Assembly: GCF_006345805.1 (NCBI RefSeq)
Contig: NC_042997.1
Location: 1,798,001 to 1,862,000, forward strand
Source of the DNA: Octopus sinensis
Taxonomy: Eukaryota
Direction of reading: 5' to 3'
Length of the DNA stretch: 64,000 nucleotides
Positions 25,221 through 39,460 of this stretch are shown here, piece after piece (position 1 is the stretch's first letter; each line of letters opens with the position of its first letter). The notes below the pieces were generated by a model. The model did not search any database. It had not been told where the DNA came from and saw nothing but the letters and a program-made list of their open reading frames with translations. A program made the translations under genes and the position numbers.

Positions 25221-26250
25221 ATGGATAAGTCGGAAATTCGTACAGTCTTTAAATATGAGTTCTTTCTTGGAAACACAGCATCACAGACAGCTCGGAATAT
25301 TAATGGAATATTTCATTCTAATGCAGACAGTATCAAACGGGTTTGCAAAATTTCGTTCTTTCAACTTTGACCTCATAAATGAGCAACGCGCTCGACCAGA
25401 AACAAAGGTGATGACGAACTGAATGCCACCTTAGAGTCAGATCCATCTCAAAATGCCCGTGAATTATTGTTGTTGTTTGGTGTTAGCAAGTAAACAATAT
25501 TGACTCACCTTGTTCAAATCGGAAAAGAAAAAGGTTGGATAAGTGGGTTCCACATGAACTCAATGAAAATCAAAAACAGCAACGTTTGGAAGCCTACATT
25601 ATGCTACTTTCTCGTCACAAAAATGAATAACTTTTGAATCGAATTGTAACATGTGATGAGAAATGGATCCAATACAACAACTGTAAACGTTCAGCACATT
25701 GGCTGGACAAAGACGACCCCCCAAAACACAGTCCACAGCTGATGATGTGTGTTTGCTGGTCTGGCGCAATTGTGATTCATTATGATTTCATCAAAATTAG
25801 TTCATCAATCACGGCCGAAGTATACTGCAACCAACTGGATCAAATGATGGAGAAACTTACAAAACAAGCCAAAATTATTCAACAGATCCACTCCTATTTT
25901 ATTGCAAGTCAATGCCAGACCACACATTACAAAAATGACATTGGCGAAACTACGGGAGTTGATGTTGGAAGTTCTCCATCATCCATCATACCTGATCTTT
26001 CCAGACATTGGGTAACATTTTCATAGGAAAAGAATTTAATTCCGACGATGCTGTAAAACAGGCCTTCTAAGATTTTACTGATTCTAGATTGCCAGGCTTT
26101 TATAGTTCCGGGTTCAACAAGCTATCGCTCAAATAGCAAGTGTACTGACAATATGGGTGCATACGTTGATGAATAAAACTATTCTTTGTATTTATACAAC
26201 ATTAGCAAACATTTTTTCTTTTCTTCAATTTCATACTTGATGACCTAATA
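25221..26250 (+). pseudogene. Mariner (DD34D-type) transposase relic with right TIR
   Basis: MDKSEIRTVFKYEF.., WVPHEL, IVTCDEKWIQY, ITAEVYCNQL, GAYVDE*. Right end ...acttgatgacctaaTA at 26250. Frameshifted. Confidence 0.88.
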
Positions 26251-26467
26251 TCGATGTATATACGTAAGCACCGACACCTATTTTTCTGTACCTTTCTGTA
26301 ACCTTTCAAAAGAAGGTTATTAAAAAACTTACGGATAAATGTTTGTTATTTTCTGTTAGATATTAATAAATTGCGTTCATCACAATATGAAATATCATGA
26401 TACTATTCATCTCGCTACCTTTGTCTGCCTATCTAGCTAGCCAGTTAGTTAGCTCCGTAATTATCTT

Positions 26468-26615
26468 CCTACCTACCTACCTACCAACCTACCTTCCTAC
26501 CTACCTACCTACCTACCTACCTACCTACCTACCTACCACCTACCTACCTACCTACCTACCTACTTACCTACTTACCTACCTACCTACCTACCTACCTACC
26601 CATCTGCCTACCTAC
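26468..26615. repeat. (CCTA)n microsatellite
   Basis: Seen directly. Confidence 0.95.
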
Positions 26616-27939
26616 CCACATACATACATGCATACGTGCGTACAAACATACGTACATTAATACCTATCAAACTGCTTATCTATCTATCCGTGTATCTATC
26701 TATGTTTCTATCTGTATATACATATTCATATATTTACTTGTCACAGTCTACCTCGGTCTCTCGCTGTTCTTACGTGTTCACACATGGTCAGTTGTAACAC
26801 GTTCTGAGTAGAGTTGGACTGCCTTCGACGGGAAATCTTTTGCTTATCAAAGTCAGTTTATCATACCAAGAAGATCACAGAAGTATTCCAATTATAAAAA
26901 AAAATATTAATTTCACAATATATTACTTGTATGTTACAAGAAAGTTCGTTACTGCTTCGTTGTACATAAATTAAAACAATTAAAATATAATAATGTGCTT
27001 CATTGAACGTTTGTTTTATAGCAATATGTTTTCTAACTTCTAAGTTTTTTCTTCTTTAAACATTAATTGTATTTTGCTCATGATGGCTGGTGATTGTCAA
27101 TTCGAGTTAGGGAAGTGTTCCATTGTTTTTTAATTAGCTATTTAGGATGGTTTCCTTCAATTTACTCCCTTTTCTATTATTTGTTCTTGTCATTTCATGT
27201 ACAGCTGACTCGGGGAAAGAAGACGTTCTCTGAAGAATTTTCGCGCATATTTTATTTTGAAGATAGGTTCATGTTCTTGTTCATAGGTTTGACGATGTAT
27301 TCTTAACTCTGATGAGATTACTTTAATTAGTCCCTTTGCCTTAATATTTTTCCTTGATTTCACTAGAACTACCTTGTCTTTGTTTCTAATTTTGGATTAT
27401 ATGCATCAGTAGCTTTTGAATTTGTATTTCTTTGAAAAGGGAGTTGGAGATTTCGTGAACATCTAAGCTTCTCACTTCTACATAGATGAAACATTTTCTT
27501 GAGTCACTATATGGTCTATATTTTTATTAACATCATATTTACTCTGAATCTCAACCAAATCTTTTCCGACAAATTTCTGTAAACTTCATTGTTTAGTGGA
27601 GTATTCTTTCGTTTTCTTTTTATTTGAATGTAATCCAATTGTTTTGGATGCATATTCTTACATGTAAACATAATCAGCTTAATCTCTATGTGTATTCTGC
27701 AAAGATGACAGAAAGATAAAGGAAAATAGAAACTCTTTCCTATTCATTTTCAAAGTCATGGGGATATTTGGTATTTCCACTGATAACAGATCTGTTCTCT
27801 AGCATGGTTCACGATATTTACGTTCCTATCACCGTCAATAAATTCGACATTACATAAGTTAAATCTGTGAAATATTTGGTAAAAGTTAATCACGTGCTCT
27901 TCATTTGCTATATTTGAGCGACAATATGAGAACAAGTCT

Positions 27940-28398
27940 AAGGCGGCGAGCTGACAGAAACGTTAGCACACCGGACGAAATGCTTTGCGGTATTTCGTCT
28001 GTCGTTACGTTCTGAGTTCAAATTCGGCCGAGGTCGACTTTGCCATTCATCCTTTCGGGGTCGATTAAATAAGTACCAGTTATGCACTGGAGTCGATATT
28101 ATCGACTTAATCCGTTTGTCTGTCTTTGTTTGTCCTCTCTGTGTTTAGCCCCTTGTGGGTAGTAAAGAAATAGGTATTTCTTCTGTCTTTACGTTTTGAG
28201 TTCGAATTCCACCGAAATGCTTTGCGGTATTTCGTCTGTCGTTACGTTCTGAGTTCAAATTCGGCCGAGGTCAACTTTGCCATTCATCCTTTCGGGGTCG
28301 ATAAATTAAGTACTGGTGTCGATTTAATCGACTTAATCCCTTTGTCTGTTATTGTTTATCCCCTCTACATTTAGGCACCAATGGGCAATAAAGAAATA
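27940..28398 (+). mobile_element. tRNA-derived SINE (third family), tandem copies
   Basis: Head ggcggcgagctgacagaa with B-box-like gagttcaaattc; second copy 28213-28398; reverse copy at 37030-37222. Confidence 0.8.
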
Positions 28399-28859
28399 AA
28401 TATAAGAACCAGTCTGGATTCCCATTGAATGAAACAATCATTATTCGAAGAATAATACTGCCATTTGAGTCCAAAGCTGTTTCGTGACTTGAACTGATTA
28501 GTAATTTTGCACTCCAGATGGTTGAGCTGTTTCAAGGTGTTTTTCTGCTAAAATTGTTAGAAGCATGCATATATTCTTTTGTTTTTCACGGTGGAAGATG
28601 GTGTATTCAGGGAAGTTATGATGACTTCAAATGCGGATGCCTTATTCTTGTCGATGCTTTACCCCTCTCTAAATGCATTTTAAATATCAAACTCCGATTG
28701 TGGACATTAAAATTTGTAAGGGTAAGGAGAAAAACACTAAAAGCAAACATTTCGTGTAAAAATTCATATACTTTAACAGATTTGTCTTACACTCAAGTAA
28801 GGGAGCCCGGATTACGGTCTGGTGTCTTATATTCTACCACCATCTAGATTGTCTATGCA

Positions 28860-29410
28860 ATTATGTGTGGCCATGCTGGGCACCATCTTGAAGAATTTTA
28901 ACCGGAAAAATCGATTCCAGTACTTATACATTTAAAGAATGGTACTTATTATTTTGGTCTCTTTTGCGAGTACAGCTAAGTTAGAGGGACGTAAACACAT
29001 GAGCACATTAACTCCATTTGTCATGTGGTGGTTGGGTACAAATACAGACACAAAGACAAACACACATACGCATATGTGTATGTGTGTGTGTGTGTGAGTG
29101 TATAAATGATAAAATCAGAGACACAGGACCTGGGATTCACCCACAAATATAGTTTGAAATATATTGTCCTTACCTTAAATATTTAACCTTATATATACAC
29201 GTACATACACACACACATACACACACACACACACCCACACACACACACATACACACACACACACACACACAATGTGTTTCAGTTTCTGTTTAACAAATCC
29301 ACTCACAAATCTTAAATAGGCCTGAGGTTATTGTAGAAGACACTTACGCGACGTCAAATTGGTTCCAAGAAGTGAGATTATATTCGGAAAACCTTGTATT
29401 GAGAAAATCA
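28860..29410 (-). mobile_element. Degenerate full-length SINE with internal (TG)/(CA) microsatellite
   Basis: 3' half at 28865-29060 and head at 29270-29410, same layout as 51885-52365. Confidence 0.6.
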
Positions 29411-29668
29411 TGAAGAAATAATTACTAACATCCTATCTAATGTACTAAGGACTTTGTAGATATTTTTACACATATTTTTACACATATCGTTTTGATTTTT
29501 CCACATCAATATTGATTTTTAGTTTCCATCCAACTTGCTAGTTCATCAGAAACAGTAAAGAAAATAACCCAATGAAACCGAAAAGCGGTGGCCGAGCATG
29601 ATCTCTCTCAACCTCTGTTTAAAGCCCAAATATACCTGAAACACACAGACAGACAGATACACACTCTC

Positions 29669-29709
<41 letters not shown>

Positions 29710-29903
29710 CATTCATACATGCATGCACATACACACAAGCATGCGCACACACACACACATACACCGTTATATGTATACTTAAAATGATAAAAGACGGGTA
29801 TTTATGATATATTTAGTTAAACAGATAATAAAGTTAGACTACTAAAACACATTATTATATATTTATAAATATCTATCTATCTGTCTGTCTGACTGTCCGT
29901 CCA

Positions 29904-29935
<32 letters not shown>

Positions 29936-29962
29936 GCATATATATATATATATATATATATA

Positions 29963-30760
29963 TTGTGTTGTCCGGAAAGTTCGTGCCGATTTTTAAAGGA
30001 AAGAAAAAGGTCAATAAATACATGCTATTACATTTCTAATCAACCAAATATGAACCATTTTGTTGCACAATGCGTCTCATGTTTTCTTTTAACTTGAAAA
30101 TACCTTCTTCCCAGAATTGACGTGGTTTCATGGCAAATAATTCATCAAGGTATCTTTTTACTTCATCGAAGGAATTGAAATGTTTACCATTAAGACTATT
30201 CTGCAGAGATCTGAAAAAGTGGAAATCTGAAGGAGCAATATCTGGTGAATATGGAGGGTAGGCTAACACAGCTGAGTAGAGCTGCTGCAATTTTTGTCTG
30301 GTTCCCAAAGAAATGTGCGTTCTTGCATTATCCTATTGGCCAATTCTGGACGTTTCTCTTGAATTGCTGCTTTTAACTCATCCAGTTGTGTGCAGTATTT
30401 CTCATAATTAATTGATTGGTCACTTGGGAGAAGCTCATAGTACAGAATTCCTTTCCAATCTCACCAGACACAAAGCAAGACCTTCTTAGTGTGAAGACCT
30501 GCTTTTGAGGTGGCTAAGGGTGGCTCATGTCGCTTACTCCAACATCGCTTTCTGTGAACATATCGGTAGATAATCCATTTCTCATCATGTGTTTACAATT
30601 TGCTTTAAAAAAAGCGCTTGTTTGTTTTGTATCGATGTTTTCTGTCGATTCACTAGATTCTTCCTTCTATAGTGTGCGTATTATAATAATTTTTTTAAGT
30701 CAATTCAATTCTGGTCACCTCTGAAAAATTAGTAATTTTGATTTCCATTGTTGTAGTCTA
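29963..30760 (-). pseudogene. Mariner transposase relic with TIR
   Basis: LAYPPYSPDIAPSDFHFFRSLQNSLNGKHF..QNGSYLVD*. Terminus TA|ttgtgttgtccggaaagttcgtgccgatt at 29961-29990. Confidence 0.9.
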
Positions 30761-31759
30761 AAATATAATAATTACGGAATTCTCTCTGCGAAAGATTAAG
30801 TAGAGAGAAATTTTCATTAGGTTTCTATTCATATCTACTACGTAATTATCCTACGAGAAAATAATTAATAAACATAGAAGATTATTATTAGTTAATTTAA
30901 ACATAATGTTTATACCAACTATTTTAAATACACAAAAGAGTTGTTGTATTGAAGATGTAATTGTTTATATATTTTTGTTGTATTTACAAGTAGGAGACGA
31001 ATTAGAATATTATATACATTTATATACACACATATAGTATTATTCTATGTTGTGATGACAAGATAATATACTGGACATAAAAGAGTTTCAATTGGTAAGT
31101 GTTTAAGATATAATGAAGTGAATTGTGATGGTTGTGGACTGAACTTATTAGATTGTATGGTTCGTTGAAATATTTTTACTTGTTTCTTTATAGTAATTGA
31201 TGTAAGATTTAATACTTTACGCACACGCTCATAACACAGAAATTTGAATTAATTTTTACAATCCAGCTGTCATTTCCAGACGGGATTTCATCTTTCTGAA
31301 CTGATTTACCATGAAGTGGCTTATATATAGAAAAATCTTGGTATAAAGCGTATAAAGAGGAAAGGTAGTATGTTTACAGGTATAAGTATATATATAACAT
31401 AATATGGATTGGGTAAGCATTAAAGTATAAAGAGAAGAAAATATCCTAATAAACCGTATATTTAAATAAATATAAGGGTAAATATATTTAAGTAATATGA
31501 TATATTTTGTTTAGCCATATATAAAAATAAATACTTTCAAATATTTATACGCGCAAAAATACACAAATATTAAATAAATGATAAATAATGGAAAATAAAT
31601 GGACACAGTATTAATCACCTCTAAATATATATTCCGTATACTGAAGAGAAATAGATTTCAAATACTCATAGAATAAGTTACTGAAAATGATTTTGAATAT
31701 TCGAAAAGGTTGTTAACACAAGCGATTCTTCGTATGTTGTACTCATGATGGACATAAAA

Positions 31760-32440
31760 AAGTTCTAACTTATATCATAAATCTGGTCTATAATAAAGAA
31801 TATCTGCCACTCTCAAAATTGTTCTGTCACAGGACAAATATCCCCCTATCTGATGCTACTGATACACATTTTTGAAGTTGCTTCTCGATACCCTGCAGAA
31901 GTTCCATTCATTCTTTCTTACTCAGCTCTCCATATATTATTTGCTTAGATATTGAATTTATTCTAACAGCAACATGTTCTCTACAAAAGATATTTGCTCC
32001 AGTAATAGTGCTTTTTCCCGTTACACTAACAATAAAATTGAATATTTATTCCTTCTATTTCACTTTAGAGTGCAACGAAAGCATACTGTTGGAAGTTCTC
32101 CAATTAGCTTAAATTTTGACGTGTCATGACTGATAATCCTCTCCTGAACAGGAGTGCAGAGATTATACTAGCCTTGTGCAAGTTTAAATTCGTATTGGTC
32201 CTGAGGTCATGGTTCTGAAATGACCATAATCGAAAGCACCAAATCATATTTCTTGAACATTTCAAACTATGTTTAATTTGATAATCGATGTTGGTGGATG
32301 TTCAGAGATGATTCTATAGAATTTCAAATCATTGACCTTTTAGATTCACTTCAAGTTATTTAGGAATGACCATCTCTGGAGTTGGGGGAATTATATGCGA
32401 GCTTTTGAATTATTAAATGGATCCTCCTTTTTTAAGTATT
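31760..32440 (-). mobile_element. RTE-clade LINE relic (post-RT region)
   Basis: FQNHDLRTNTNLNLHKASIISALLF..LENFQQ and HVAVRINSISKQIIYGEL, compared with the RTE motifs NLRLETKI.VYRAVV.STLLY and GHV.RM..RIPKQLLYGEL. Confidence 0.65.
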
Positions 32441-32552
32441 TCTTCCAAACTTATATCCCTTTTCTCTCACATTTAAACTAATTTTCCTCTTTGTTTATGC
32501 ATATGTACATCTGACATACATACATATACACATACATACATACATACATACA

Positions 32553-32583
<31 letters not shown>

Positions 32584-35358
32584 TTACATACATTCATATA
32601 TACCTACATACATTACATTACATATATAATATACATTACATTACATACATAAACACACTCAAATGTGGGAAGGAATAGATACACAGTGAAAGAGAGAACC
32701 AGATAGTGACAGAAAGCGAATATTACACGTGATTTTCTACCAGCTTATATTAATGATTTTATGCGAATCTAACTCCGTTACTTAATTTTCTCTCAATATT
32801 CCCTTCTTCAGAAGGCATTGTGATTTATTATTTAGAAATATTACAGAGAGTTGCGAGCATTTCCTTTCTACCTGTTAAAGGATATATTGGAACTATAAAA
32901 CGTTGCCGTTAGTGTTAAAATGAAACGGGAATATCCTCCTGACCATTGTTTTTCGTGTAGACGACAAAACCTGCATTGATTTTCTTAAAAAGGAATTTCG
33001 GAAGAATCTGTGGAAATAAGGGGGTAAAGCACTGTAATATGTTCGATATGGAACTTGCATTCAAACTTATCTTGAATAGAAAATTGATTTATTCAACTAT
33101 ATTTCTCTAAAACTCGACATTGAAAGAATTAATATCAGTACGTTTCTGTTATAACTAAAATCTGAAGAGCTCAACTTAAAATTCTAAGTGACACCAGAGA
33201 CAAGTTGGCTATTGTTTATATGATAGTTTAATAGCAATGAATAGATGATATTAATTTAAATACTATATATGTTACACACGACTGTCAACAATATTTTAAT
33301 GAGATGTTATATTCACGGCAAGTCTTGGCATAATGTAGAATGTTTTGAAATGGTGGTTTCAAATAATTTGATGTGGAGGAGTACATGTTTGATATAGCAT
33401 ATCGCATCAATTTAAAATAATCATAATTTATTTCTATATAAATAAAGCGAACTATGCATTGTACATGTAACTTAAAAGACGAGTCATTCTAAATAATATA
33501 AATATTTAAAATGTCATTCAATTTCTAAAGGATACATTTTTACACTTAAAAACTTCCATTAAAAATGTAGCTATCATATTCTAGTTTCTGTGTATTTCAA
33601 CACACTTGAACCTAAAATGATGGTCGAAAAATACTTAAGAATGTCTCGAGTATTTTATGTAGCGCAGGTTTTGTTTATTAAGTATTTGTGAATTCGTCCA
33701 TGTAATAATATCAAGCAAAAATTATTCATTATTGAATAAGTTCAGTGTACAATAGACGCAAGTTTTAACTCAGTTTGAAAAAATATTTTTGCAAAACATT
33801 CGCTTCAGTGTTAATGTGTGTTGCTGTTTCAGGAATAATTTTAGAAGAGCTGATATCTGGGAAAAGCAAGGAAATCAAGTTTTCAGAATAAAATGACATA
33901 TTCAACAACAAACAATTCCATGACAATAACCTGGTAGCAAAATTATTTCCCAACATTAGATCGTGTATACCATGTCGCAAATATTAATAAGCCACGTTGC
34001 AATTATGTAATTAAATTGCAGATATATTTCATATTGTGTCATTTCTATCAAACTTGAACAAATATTAAAGTGTGCTATATTAGTAGTAGATACTGTATCA
34101 TATACATACATACATATATGTATGCATGCAGACATGCATATAAGTATATAAGCATCTATGCACGTAAATAAATACTCATGATTATCATATATCCATATGT
34201 AATAAGTTCATACATTGACCTTTTATATCCACATATATGCATATATAATGCATACCCACACATATATATTAAAGAGATAGATATTCACATGCATTCGCCA
34301 CAGGGGGCCATATGTTTTGATGTATAGAATTTCATGAAACGAATAAAGTAATCCGGAACATTTGATGTAATTCAAACTTAACAATAAAGGCTTAATGACA
34401 GAAAGGATAGGAAATTGATTCTTATTTAAATGAATGCACCTTCTTAGTATGAAACTAAGCCTTCAAATAAATATTGATGTATGTACGTATATATGTATGC
34501 ATATATATATACATGCACACACATATTTTCAAATAAGAATGTTGTTGATAGTAACTTCGAATTTTTGGCTAGCTAAGACATTGTCGCTTTAGCGATCTGA
34601 AACTTTGAAGTCACTTTCAACAATATTCTAGCTAACGAATGATAAATTTGTAGCCTACAGACGTATAGAGTAATCCACCCAGATGAATCTAAAATAAACA
34701 AACATGAAGATATATATATATATGTGTGTGTATTTGTGTGTGTGTGTGCGCGCGTGTATGTGTATATACGCACACACACAGAGTTTATGCTTCTGATTTA
34801 ATTGTACAGTAAGTGTTATGTATGTGCGTTATACAAAGTTTTTGTCGCTTGTGACATGATAAGATGAGACGATGTTAATAAGGAAAACAAAACATTTTAT
34901 TTCTGACAAAGATAAATAGAAACATGAGAATAGAATGTGTATATAAGACATCAAATGATTGTATTCTATTGATACAATTTTGAAGACAATGGCAGCTATA
35001 CACGTTCAAAGACTATAGTAAGTTGCTACAGGTGTTCATCTTTATTGGCTCACCGACACTCGTAAAGCTATGTACATGTATTCGGAAGACCATATACTAA
35101 TAAGATTTCGAAACAATTAGAATATTTTAAAACCAAATAACATTGAGACAATCAAAGAAAATCAAGTTTTCTCGATGAAAACATATGCTCGCGTCTTGTA
35201 CTCTCAGGAAAATCAGAATATTGGTTCATTCCAGAATGTGATAGAAAATTTTAATACAGAATAGATAGTTTAAATGAGTCGAGAAGTTATTTTGCTTCTC
35301 TTGATCTCTGCTTGTCACTTTGTTTGATCTCTGCTTCTTTCTTTCTCCCTTTCTCTCT

Positions 35359-35394
<36 letters not shown>

Positions 35395-35432
35395 CCCTAT
35401 ATGTATAGATACATATACATATACATACATAT

Positions 35433-35490
35433 ATAAGCTTGGTCCCCAACCACATGGTTCTGGTTCAGTCCCACTCCATGGCACATTTTG
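35433..35490 (+). mobile_element. SINE head fragment
   Basis: ccaaccacatggttctggttcagtcccact matches the head at 58790. Confidence 0.65.
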
Positions 35491-35491
35491 C

Positions 35492-35812
35492 TGGCTCAGT
35501 GGTTAGAGCGTCGAGCTTACGATCGTGAGGTTGTTAGTTCGAATCACGGGCTGCGTGTTGTGCTCTTGAGCAAGAAATTTTATTTCTCATTGCTCTAGTT
35601 CACTCAGCTGTAGAGTTGAGTTTCGACGTCACAAGTGGCAAGCTGTATCGGCCTTTGCCTTTCCCTTGAATAACACTGGTGGCATAGAGAGGGGAGGGTG
35701 GTATGCATGGGTGAATGCTGGTCTTCTATAAACAACCTTGCCCAGACTTGTGCCTGGGAGGGTAACTTTCTAGGTGTAATCCCACGGTCAGTCATGGCCG
35801 AAGGGTGTCTCA

Positions 35813-35815
<3 letters not shown>
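35492..35815 (+). mobile_element. tRNA-derived SINE
   Basis: A-box TGGCTCAGTGG, B-box GTTCGAATC, then a non-tRNA body ending at (TA)n. Confidence 0.8.
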
Positions 35816-35855
<40 letters not shown>

Positions 35856-35929
35856 TATGTGCTGGACTTCGCTTACATCCTCAGCTATTTCTTGATGTCT
35901 CAACAAAAATGTCGAAGGTCTTAGTATTC

Positions 35930-36300
35930 CCAGAAATGAAGAATTGGGAAAAAAATGATATATTTCGTCTTCGGTAGGTGGAGACTTTATTATTTCAGAT
36001 ATACATGATTGCGCATCCTAATTGGAGATAAGCTTTGTTGTTTCCTTTGATAAAACACGTTTAAAAAAATTATTCTCTGCAAAAGTTTTATACCTTGACA
36101 AATAATCTTTGCAATCATTATATTATTTTGAGGGTTGCAAGCATCTTTGCACTCCTGTTGGCTAGCTTTCCTCGGTTTCAGCTCTACGTATTTTCTGTAC
36201 CGAGTAAATAATATATGGAAATTGACGATTTAAAAGTCTGTTATCAGCATATTGGCATAGAAATAATTTTCTTTAGCCCTTGTTTATAATTTTAACCTTA
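35930..36300 (-). mobile_element. Very old R4/Dong N-terminal relic
   Basis: LKPRKA and DAQSCISEIIKSPPTEDEIYHFF align loosely with IKPRKA and DAKKFYREIGK..DPPKIEEVEEFW of the 5436 ORF. Confidence 0.35.
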
Positions 36301-36372
36301 AAGGTATTTTGATATGCTGCCACATTTCTTGATGAATTTTTTTCTGTAAAATAACTTCATCCTATATTAGTA

Positions 36373-36407
<35 letters not shown>

Positions 36408-36629
36408 CCGTATATATTCGATCCTTTTTCCAAGAAATCTAATGCTCGTAGCTTAGTTTTTCCTTGGGGCTGGCCGGATCGGAGCGATCTCAAGATTAAT
36501 CAGCCGAAATTGCGAGGATGATCCGGTTCTTGACTGAAGATTGAAGGCTTCGAATGTCTCATCCGTGTTTTTTGTATCGTTTCCGAAATGTTTTGCGTTC
36601 TTGTCCCAGTTTGTATTTTTTACATATAC

Positions 36630-36728
<99 letters not shown>

Positions 36729-37029
36729 TGTAGGGGAAAATTTGGTCCTTTATTACGCCGGGTTCTCATTATGAAGTTCCAAATAGTATACGAACAAATG
36801 CTGCGTAAATCGAGGACCTTCTGTCTCAAATTTACTGTGAAAATCAAGGTTTTGTAAAACCTGTTGAACAAATGTGAATAAATATTTTTAAAATGAGATT
36901 CCCTTCTGTAATACATATGTGTGTTGGTGATTTAAGTTTCTACACAGTGCAATATAATAATCGAACAAAATCTAATTGACAGTTTTACAAATTCTATTTT
37001 TATAATAGAATACCTTTTGTTTTGTATTA

Positions 37030-37222
37030 TTTGGGGGGGGGGGGCGTTAGTCCATTGGATCGACCCCCAGTACATAACTGGTACTTAATCCATCGACAAC
37101 CAAAGGATGAAAGACAAAGTTGACCTCGGTGGAATCTGAATTCAGAACGTAAAAACAGACGAAATAATGCTAAGCTATTCGCCCGGCGTGCTAACGTTTC
37201 TGCTAGCTCACCGCCAGTGAAA
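37030..37222 (-). mobile_element. tRNA-derived SINE (27940 family)
   Basis: Reverse complement of the 27940 element. Confidence 0.8.
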
Positions 37223-37669
37223 GACATATTATAACTTATATTGTAATACTTACATAGATCTTAACGGCTACACATTTCGTAAATATCTCTGAACTCGATT
37301 TTGTACGTTCTTCTATCTAATGCAAGATTTAGACAGTTTGGCGTTTGGTCTTCATACACAAACACAGACATGTGTGTGTGATCATGTGTTAGTGTATCAT
37401 TTTGTGTGTGCGTGTCAGTGTGTGTGTGTGTGTGCGTGTGTGTGTGTGTGTTATGCTTCATCGAAAATATTAGACTGTTCCCGCACAAATACATACAGTT
37501 AAATCTGTGTAAAATATTTTGTTGATTCTGTTCCAATGCAGTACAATCACGGATCAGCAGCATAATATAGATTTTGACGTAGACAAGAAAGTTACATATG
37601 AATAATCGCACGCACACACACACACACACACACACATACACACACACACACACTCACACACAAATGTAG

Positions 37670-38640
37670 ACTCCCGCTCTTTTATCCAATCCTTCCATTC
37701 TGCCCGCGAATACTCCTGCACTATTTCCAACACTTCCGTTGACTTTCTCGAGATTTCAGTAAACAATTACGACTCCGCTCTTGCTACTATGATCCATTAC
37801 AAACACACAGACTCACACTCAAACCTCAAATTCTCTTCCTCCCACCCCACCCACACGAATCTTTCCATCCCCTTCTCCCAATTCATGCGTCTGCGCAGGC
37901 TCTGTAGTGACAACCATGACTTCGGGACTCAGTTTCAACTCATAGTTCACCACTTCATCCTTCGTGGATATCCCCTCATCACTATCTACAGAGCCCTTGC
38001 CAGAGCACGTTCCATGGACCATTCCTCTGCTGTCTCTCTCTCTCTCTCCCCGTACCGCCTCGCCGTTGCCCGTCTCCTGCTTCCCCTCACCTACCATCCC
38101 TCCACCCTGCGCAACATTCCCCGAGCCTTCCAGCGACTCCAGTAGCACACATTCCTCAACCTACTCCTTCCCTCCATCAAACGAGCCCACAACCTACGTG
38201 ACTTCCTGGTCCACAGTTTCTTCCTTAATCTCAACTCCCAACGTGTCTCGTTCCCTTGCTCCCGCCCACGCTGCCGCACATGCCTCTACCTCTCCATCAC
38301 TGTCTTCCACACTGGCACCCATCATCGTCCCTATCACATCACTGACTCCTTTGCCTGTACCTCTAGCCACGTCATTTATTGCTTCCCCTGCTCCGTCTGT
38401 CCTTTTCAGTACATTGATCAAACGGGACTCTGCTCGGCTGACTGGTTCTCGTAGCACCTCCAAGACATTAGATTCGGCAATGACAATCCGGTCTCGCGCC
38501 ATTTCAGCTCTATCGGCCATTCATTGCAAAACATGTCTGTGTTCGGATTGTCTTTGCCCAGGGGCCATATGGCCTACGGGATTCGCCGTGAACAGGATTA
38601 ATCTTTCTTCGCTCCTTTGTGCCACATGGGGTCAACACCT
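37670..38640 (+). mobile_element. Penelope-like element 3' half (thumb, Cys linker, GIY-YIG), pseudogenised
   Basis: SNTSVDFLEI..YKHTDSH..SSSHP..IPFSQFMRLRRLCS..RGYP; PCSRPRCRTC; VIYCFPCSVCPFQYIDQTG; PVSRHF. Same family as 61670-63545. Confidence 0.88.
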
Positions 38641-38730
38641 CTTCTCTCTTCATCTGACTCCACACTTCTCACTTCATCTGACTCCACACTTCTCTCTTCA
38701 TCTGACTCCATACTTCTCTCTTCATCTGAC
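38641..38730. repeat. 24-bp minisatellite, about 3.75 copies (CTTCTCTCTTCATCTGACTCCACA)
   Basis: Seen directly, immediately after the PLE ORF. Confidence 0.9.
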
Positions 38731-38954
38731 ATCTACTTCTTTGTTTCACTCCTACCCACCTACTCGCTCCATTGATAAACCCACCCTCCACACGCCACAC
38801 CAAACTTCCCACTCCCATAATACCTACCCTACACCCTCTTTTCCACCCCACATCCCCACTCACATCCTCATCCCTATATTCTTGCTTCAAACGCACAGCT
38901 CAACCCAACATCCCCACAACCCATACCCCCAAACCACAGTAACATATCGCGCTG

Positions 38955-39460
38955 GTGAGACCCATATTGGAGTACGGGATTCAAGCCCCTTCTCCTTATC
39001 TCCTCAAAGACATACATCATCTCGAAATAGTCCAGAAGCTGGCTACCCGCATGGTTCTTGGTCTCAAGCATTCGTCTTATGAAGAAAGGCTGAAGAAGCT
39101 CGGCCATTATTCTCTAGAAAAACGACGACGCCGTGGTGATCTCATTCTCGCTCACATCATAAGTGGAAAGTGTAACCTTTCGAAAGAGCTGTTCTTCATT
39201 CCTGCTCCAGAGCGTCGGCTGCAGGGTCACTCCGAAAAGCTCTATCTGCGACGATTTCATCTCAATCGAAAGAGAGGGGCCTTCTTCCTCCGGGTTGCGG
39301 ATCCGTGGAATAAGCTGCCGGACGAGATAGAGAAGATGCCGACCAGAAATGGCCCGAACTCTTTGCATGAACACCCTCCCTGTACATAACTCTATGTCCC
39401 CAAACATGGCCTTGCTTTTTGCTTTTTGAGCCCCTAAAAATTAACTGAAGTTAACTTATC
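38955..39460 (+). mobile_element. CR1 LINE 3' end
   Basis: RPILEY..LEIVQKLATRMV.GL..SYEERLKKLG.YSLEKRRRRGDLI..GHSEKL..FFLRVADPWNKLP, then a short 3' UTR and TTAAC-like tail. Confidence 0.92.

Noticed and set aside
35492-35550. tRNA gene
   Set aside because: A and B boxes are present but no complete cloverleaf; it continues into a SINE body.
37964-39082. 372-aa Ser/Pro/Thr-rich mucin-like ORF (also 62365-63510 beyond the RT part)
   Set aside because: It is an alternative-frame read of C-rich PLE sequence.
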